From: Escherichia coli
GTDB taxonomy: Bacteria; Pseudomonadota; Gammaproteobacteria; Enterobacterales; Enterobacteriaceae
Assembly: GCF_046105845.1 (NCBI RefSeq)
Contig: NZ_CP151004.1
Length of the DNA: 64,000 nucleotides
Strand: one strand, 5' to 3'
Positions within the stretch are counted from its first letter, which is position 1, and each line of letters begins with the position of its first letter. The notes below the pieces were generated by a model, which worked only from the letters and a program-made list of their open reading frames with translations, made no database searches and was not told the DNA's origin. Made by a program: the position numbers and the translations under genes. Shown here piece by piece: positions 59,528 through 64,000 of the stretch.

Positions 59528-59989
59528 ATGACTATTTGGGAAATAAGCGAGAAAGCCGATTACATCGCACAGCGGCATCGTCGCCTACAGGACCAGTGGC
59601 ACATCTACTGCAATTCGCTGGTTCAGGGGATCACGTTATCGAAAGCGCGCCTGCATCACGCCATGAGCTGCGCGCCGGACAAAGAACTCTGTTTCGTCCT
59701 TTTTGAACATTTTCGTATTTACGTCACCCTGGCGGATGGCTTTAACAGCCACACCATCGAGTATTACGTCGAAACAAAAGATGGTGAAGACAAACAGCGG
59801 ATTGCGCAGGCGCAACTGAGCATTGACGGCATGATTGATGGCAAGGTCAACATCCGCGATCGCGAACAGGTTCTGGAACACTATCTCGAAAAAATCGCTG
59901 GCGTTTACGACAGCTTATACACCGCCATTGAAAACAATGTGCCGGTGAATTTAAGCCAACTGGTAAAGGGACAAAGCCCGGCAGCATGA
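59528..59989 (+). CDS. hycA: formate hydrogenlyase regulatory protein HycA
   Basis: 153-aa ORF MTIWEISEKADYIAQRHRRLQDQWHIY... Confidence 0.88.
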   Translation: MTIWEISEKADYIAQRHRRLQDQWHIYCNSLVQGITLSKARLHHAMSCAPDKELCFVLFEHFRIYVTLADGFNSHTIEYYVETKDGEDKQRIAQAQLSIDGMIDGKVNIRDREQVLEHYLEKIAGVYDSLYTAIENNVPVNLSQLVKGQSPAA

Positions 59990-60113
59990 GCTGAGGCTTT
60001 GCCCGTTTTGCAGGCGTTACGCCTGTTTGGGGATGGGCGTGTCGATGAGTGTCGAAAATGACATTTTATCGGCATGTTTTCGTCAAAAATGACAATCACC
60101 TGAGGAATGCCTG

Positions 60114-60725
60114 GTGAATCGTTTTGTAATTGCTGACTCCACGCTCTGTATCGGCTGCCACACCTGTGAGGCCGCCTGTTCAGAGACGCATCGCCAGCAC
60201 GGCCTGCAATCAATGCCGCGCCTGCGAGTGATGCTCAATGAAAAAGAATCTGCGCCGCAGCTCTGTCACCACTGTGAAGATGCGCCCTGTGCGGTGGTTT
60301 GCCCGGTTAACGCCATCACCCGCGTTGATGGGGCCGTGCAGTTAAATGAAAGTCTGTGCGTAAGCTGCAAACTGTGCGGCATCGCCTGCCCGTTTGGCGC
60401 AATTGAATTTTCCGGCAGCCGTCCGCTGGATATTCCGGCAAATGCCAATACCCCGAAAGCGCCACCGGCACCGCCTGCTCCGGCGCGTGTCAGCACATTG
60501 CTTGACTGGGTGCCAGGTATTCGCGCGATCGCCGTCAAATGTGACCTTTGTAGTTTTGATGAACAAGGTCCGGCCTGCGTGCGGATGTGCCCGACTAAAG
60601 CCCTGCATCTGGTGGATAACACCGATATCGCCCGCGTCAGCAAACGTAAGCGTGAGCTGACTTTTAACACGGACTTTGGCGATCTCACCTTGTTTCAGCA
60701 GGCTCAAAGTGGAGAGGCTAAATGA
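60114..60725 (+). CDS. hycB: formate hydrogenlyase subunit 2 (4Fe-4S ferredoxin-type)
   Basis: 203-aa ORF with multiple CxxCxxCxxxCP motifs. Confidence 0.92.
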   Translation: MNRFVIADSTLCIGCHTCEAACSETHRQHGLQSMPRLRVMLNEKESAPQLCHHCEDAPCAVVCPVNAITRVDGAVQLNESLCVSCKLCGIACPFGAIEFSGSRPLDIPANANTPKAPPAPPAPARVSTLLDWVPGIRAIAVKCDLCSFDEQGPACVRMCPTKALHLVDNTDIARVSKRKRELTFNTDFGDLTLFQQAQSGEAK

Positions 60726-62548
60726 GCGCAATTTCCCTGATCAATAGCGGCGTGGCGTGGTTTGTCGCCGCCGCTGTTCTGGCATTTCTCTTTTCTTTTC
60801 AAAAGGCGCTAAGCGGCTGGATAGCCGGAATTGGCGGCGCGGTTGGTAGCCTGTATACGGCAGCCGCGGGCTTTACTGTGCTGACTGGCGCGGTTGGCGT
60901 GAGCGGTGCGCTGTCGCTGGTAAACTACGATGTGCAAATCTCTCCGCTTAACGCGATTTGGCTGATTACGCTCGGTCTGTGCGGTCTGTTTGTCAGCCTC
61001 TACAACATTGACTGGCATCGCCACGCGCAGGTGAAGTGCAACGGCTTGCAGATCAATATGTTGATGGCTGCCGCCGTCTGCGCCGTCATCGCCAGCAACC
61101 TCGGCATGTTCGTGGTAATGGCTGAAATCATGGCCCTGTGCGCGGTGTTCCTTACCAGCAACAGCAAAGAGGGCAAACTGTGGTTTGCGCTGGGGCGTCT
61201 TGGCACTCTGCTGCTGGCGATTGCCTGCTGGCTGCTGTGGCAGCGTTACGGCACGCTGGATCTGCGCCTGCTGGATATGCGTATGCAACAGCTGCCGCTC
61301 GGTTCCGATATCTGGCTGCTCGGTGTGATTGGCTTTGGCCTGCTGGCCGGGATTATTCCGCTGCACGGCTGGGTGCCGCAGGCACATGCGAACGCCTCTG
61401 CGCCAGCTGCCGCGTTGTTTTCTACGGTAGTCATGAAAATTGGCCTGCTGGGCATTTTAACCCTGTCGCTGCTGGGCGGTAATGCACCGCTGTGGTGGGG
61501 GATCGCGCTGCTGGTGCTCGGCATGATCACCGCGTTCGTCGGCGGTCTGTATGCGCTGATGGAGCACAACATCCAGCGCCTGCTGGCTTACCACACCCTG
61601 GAAAATATCGGCATCATCCTGCTGGGGCTGGGCGCTGGCGTAACGGGTATCGCGCTCGAACAACCGGCGCTGATTGCTCTTGGCCTGGTTGGTGGTCTGT
61701 ATCATCTGCTTAACCATAGCCTGTTCAAAAGCGTACTGTTCCTCGGGGCGGGGAGCGTCTGGTTCCGTACCGGTCATCGCGATATCGAAAAACTCGGTGG
61801 TATAGGCAAGAAAATGCCGGTTATCTCCATCGCCATGTTGGTCGGGCTGATGGCAATGGCTGCGCTGCCGCCGCTGAACGGTTTTGCCGGGGAATGGGTT
61901 ATCTATCAATCCTTCTTCAAATTGAGCAATAGTGGCGCGTTTGTTGCCCGTCTGCTGGGGCCACTGCTTGCTGTGGGTCTGGCAATTACCGGTGCGCTGG
62001 CGGTGATGTGTATGGCGAAAGTCTATGGCGTCACGTTCCTCGGTGCGCCGCGTACCAAAGAAGCCGAAAACGCCACCTGTGCGCCGCTCCTGATGAGCGT
62101 AAGCGTAGTGGCACTGGCGATTTGCTGCGTAATTGGCGGTGTTGCTGCGCCGTGGCTGCTGCCGATGCTCTCTGCTGCTGTACCTCTGCCGCTGGAGCCT
62201 GCTAACACCACCGTTTCTCAACCCATGATCACGTTGCTGCTGATTGCCTGCCCGCTGCTGCCATTCATCATTATGGCGATTTGCAAAGGCGACCGTTTGC
62301 CGTCGCGTTCCCGCGGCGCGGCCTGGGTGTGCGGCTACGACCACGAAAAATCAATGGTGATTACCGCTCACGGTTTTGCCATGCCGGTGAAACAGGCGTT
62401 TGCGCCAGTGCTGAAACTGCGCAAATGGCTGAATCCGGTGTCGCTGGTGCCGGGCTGGCAGTGCGAAGGCAGTGCGTTGCTGTTCCGCCGGATGGCGCTG
62501 GTTGAACTGGCGGTGCTGGTGGTGATTATTGTTTCACGAGGAGCCTGA
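60722..62548 (+). CDS. hycC: formate hydrogenlyase subunit 3 (membrane, NuoL/antiporter-like)
   Basis: 608-aa polytopic membrane ORF; overlaps hycB end. Confidence 0.92.
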   Translation: MSAISLINSGVAWFVAAAVLAFLFSFQKALSGWIAGIGGAVGSLYTAAAGFTVLTGAVGVSGALSLVNYDVQISPLNAIWLITLGLCGLFVSLYNIDWHRHAQVKCNGLQINMLMAAAVCAVIASNLGMFVVMAEIMALCAVFLTSNSKEGKLWFALGRLGTLLLAIACWLLWQRYGTLDLRLLDMRMQQLPLGSDIWLLGVIGFGLLAGIIPLHGWVPQAHANASAPAAALFSTVVMKIGLLGILTLSLLGGNAPLWWGIALLVLGMITAFVGGLYALMEHNIQRLLAYHTLENIGIILLGLGAGVTGIALEQPALIALGLVGGLYHLLNHSLFKSVLFLGAGSVWFRTGHRDIEKLGGIGKKMPVISIAMLVGLMAMAALPPLNGFAGEWVIYQSFFKLSNSGAFVARLLGPLLAVGLAITGALAVMCMAKVYGVTFLGAPRTKEAENATCAPLLMSVSVVALAICCVIGGVAAPWLLPMLSAAVPLPLEPANTTVSQPMITLLLIACPLLPFIIMAICKGDRLPSRSRGAAWVCGYDHEKSMVITAHGFAMPVKQAFAPVLKLRKWLNPVSLVPGWQCEGSALLFRRMALVELAVLVVIIVSRGA

Positions 62549-62550
62549 GA

Positions 62551-63474
62551 ATGAGTGTTTTATATCCGTTAATTCAGGCGCTGGTGTTATTTGCCGTTGC
62601 GCCGCTGCTCTCCGGTATAACCCGCGTGGCGCGCGCCCGCTTGCATAACCGTCGCGGGCCGGGCGTGTTGCAGGAGTATCGCGACATTATCAAACTGCTG
62701 GGTCGCCAGAGCGTTGGCCCGGATGCCTCCGGCTGGGTGTTCCGCCTGACGCCGTATGTGATGGTGGGCGTCATGCTGACTATCGCTACTGCGCTGCCGG
62801 TGGTGACCGTTGGTTCTCCGCTGCCGCAGCTGGGCGATTTGATCACTTTACTGTATCTCTTTGCCATCGCGCGTTTCTTCTTTGCCATTTCTGGTCTGGA
62901 TACCGGTAGCCCGTTTACCGCTATCGGCGCGAGCCGTGAAGCGATGCTTGGCGTGCTGGTTGAACCGATGCTGCTGCTTGGTCTGTGGGTCGCCGCACAG
63001 GTTGCCGGTTCCACCAACATCAGCAACATCACCGACACCGTTTATCACTGGCCGCTGAGCCAGAGCATTCCGCTGGTGCTGGCGCTTTGTGCCTGTGCAT
63101 TCGCCACCTTTATCGAAATGGGCAAACTGCCGTTCGACCTGGCGGAAGCCGAGCAGGAGTTGCAGGAAGGTCCGCTCTCTGAGTATAGCGGCAGCGGCTT
63201 TGGCGTCATGAAATGGGGTATCAGCCTGAAACAGCTGGTGGTGTTGCAGATGTTCGTCGGGGTGTTTATTCCGTGGGGACAAATGGAAACCTTCACCGTC
63301 GGTGGGTTGCTGCTGGCGCTGGTGATTGCCATCGTCAAACTGGTGGTTGGCGTCCTGGTTATCGCGCTGTTCGAAAACAGCATGGCCCGTCTGCGTCTTG
63401 ATATTACTCCGCGCATTACCTGGGCTGGGTTTGGCTTTGCATTTTTAGCGTTCGTCTCCTTGCTGGCGGCGTGA
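62551..63474 (+). CDS. hycD: formate hydrogenlyase subunit 4 (membrane, NuoH-like)
   Basis: 307-aa polytopic membrane ORF. Confidence 0.92.
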   Translation: MSVLYPLIQALVLFAVAPLLSGITRVARARLHNRRGPGVLQEYRDIIKLLGRQSVGPDASGWVFRLTPYVMVGVMLTIATALPVVTVGSPLPQLGDLITLLYLFAIARFFFAISGLDTGSPFTAIGASREAMLGVLVEPMLLLGLWVAAQVAGSTNISNITDTVYHWPLSQSIPLVLALCACAFATFIEMGKLPFDLAEAEQELQEGPLSEYSGSGFGVMKWGISLKQLVVLQMFVGVFIPWGQMETFTVGGLLLALVIAIVKLVVGVLVIALFENSMARLRLDITPRITWAGFGFAFLAFVSLLAA

Positions 63475-63489
63475 TTAAAGAGAGTTTGA

Positions 63490-64000
63490 GCATGTCTGAA
63501 GAAAAATTAGGTCAACATTATCTCGCCGCGCTGAATGAGGCATTTCCGGGCGTCGTGCTGGACCACGCCTGGCAGACCAAAGATCAGCTGACTGTCACCG
63601 TAAAGGTGAACTATCTGCCGGAAGTAGTGGAGTTTCTCTATTACAAGCAGGGTGGCTGGCTGTCGGTGCTGTTTGGTAACGACGAACGCAAACTGAATGG
63701 TCATTACGCCGTTTATTACGTGCTGTCGATGGAGAAGGGCACCAAATGCTGGATAACCGTGCGCGTTGAAGTTGACGCCAACAAACCGGAATATCCGTCC
63801 GTAACGCCGCGCGTTCCGGCGGCGGTATGGGGCGAGCGTGAAGTGCGCGATATGTACGGTTTGATTCCGGTAGGGCTGCCGGATGAACGTCGTCTGGTGC
63901 TGCCGGATGACTGGCCGGATGAACTTTATCCGCTGCGTAAAGACAGCATGGATTATCGTCAACGTCCGGCACCGACTACCGATGCTGAAACCTACGAGTT
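63490..64000 (+). CDS. hycE: formate hydrogenlyase large subunit HycE (5' partial, continues past window end)
   Basis: Starts MSEEKLGQHYLAALNEAFPGVVLDHAWQTKDQL...; open to window edge. Confidence 0.9.

Overview
This window reads as an Escherichia coli-type chromosomal segment, syntenic with the K-12 relA-to-hyc region (about 61-63 min) in reverse orientation. Gene order: relA, mazEF, mazG, pyrG, eno, ygcG, queE, an orphan CRISPR array (22 spacers), the ygc cluster (ygcE, yqcE, ygcW, ygcU, ygcS, ygcR, ygcQ, ygcP, ygcO, ygcN), queD, cysJIH, a complete type I-E CRISPR-Cas locus (cas3, cse1, cse2, cas7, cas5, cas6e, cas1, cas2 plus a 24-spacer array), iap, cysDNC, ygbE, ftsB, ispDF, truD, surE, pcm, nlpD, rpoS, a short remnant region, pphB, mutS, ygbA, a small di-Mop gene, fhlA, hypEDCBA and hycABCD with the 5' end of hycE. 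All gene names are recognised from memory of K-12 homologues and from reading the six-frame translations; no database search was run. I found no integrase, transposase, IS element, tRNA or rRNA. I do not see a wholly new system here: the defence content (type I-E CRISPR-Cas, mazEF) is canonical. The most under-explained signal is in the ygc cluster, where the divergent control region carries two CRP-like palindromes and a hairpin plus T-run terminator about 24 nt upstream of each first gene, with a GlpP-family antiterminator (ygcP) encoded nearby. Other points worth checking are a deletion scar between rpoS and pphB, a di-Mop gene after fhlA that I cannot place in K-12, and CRISPR repeats whose last base is not G.
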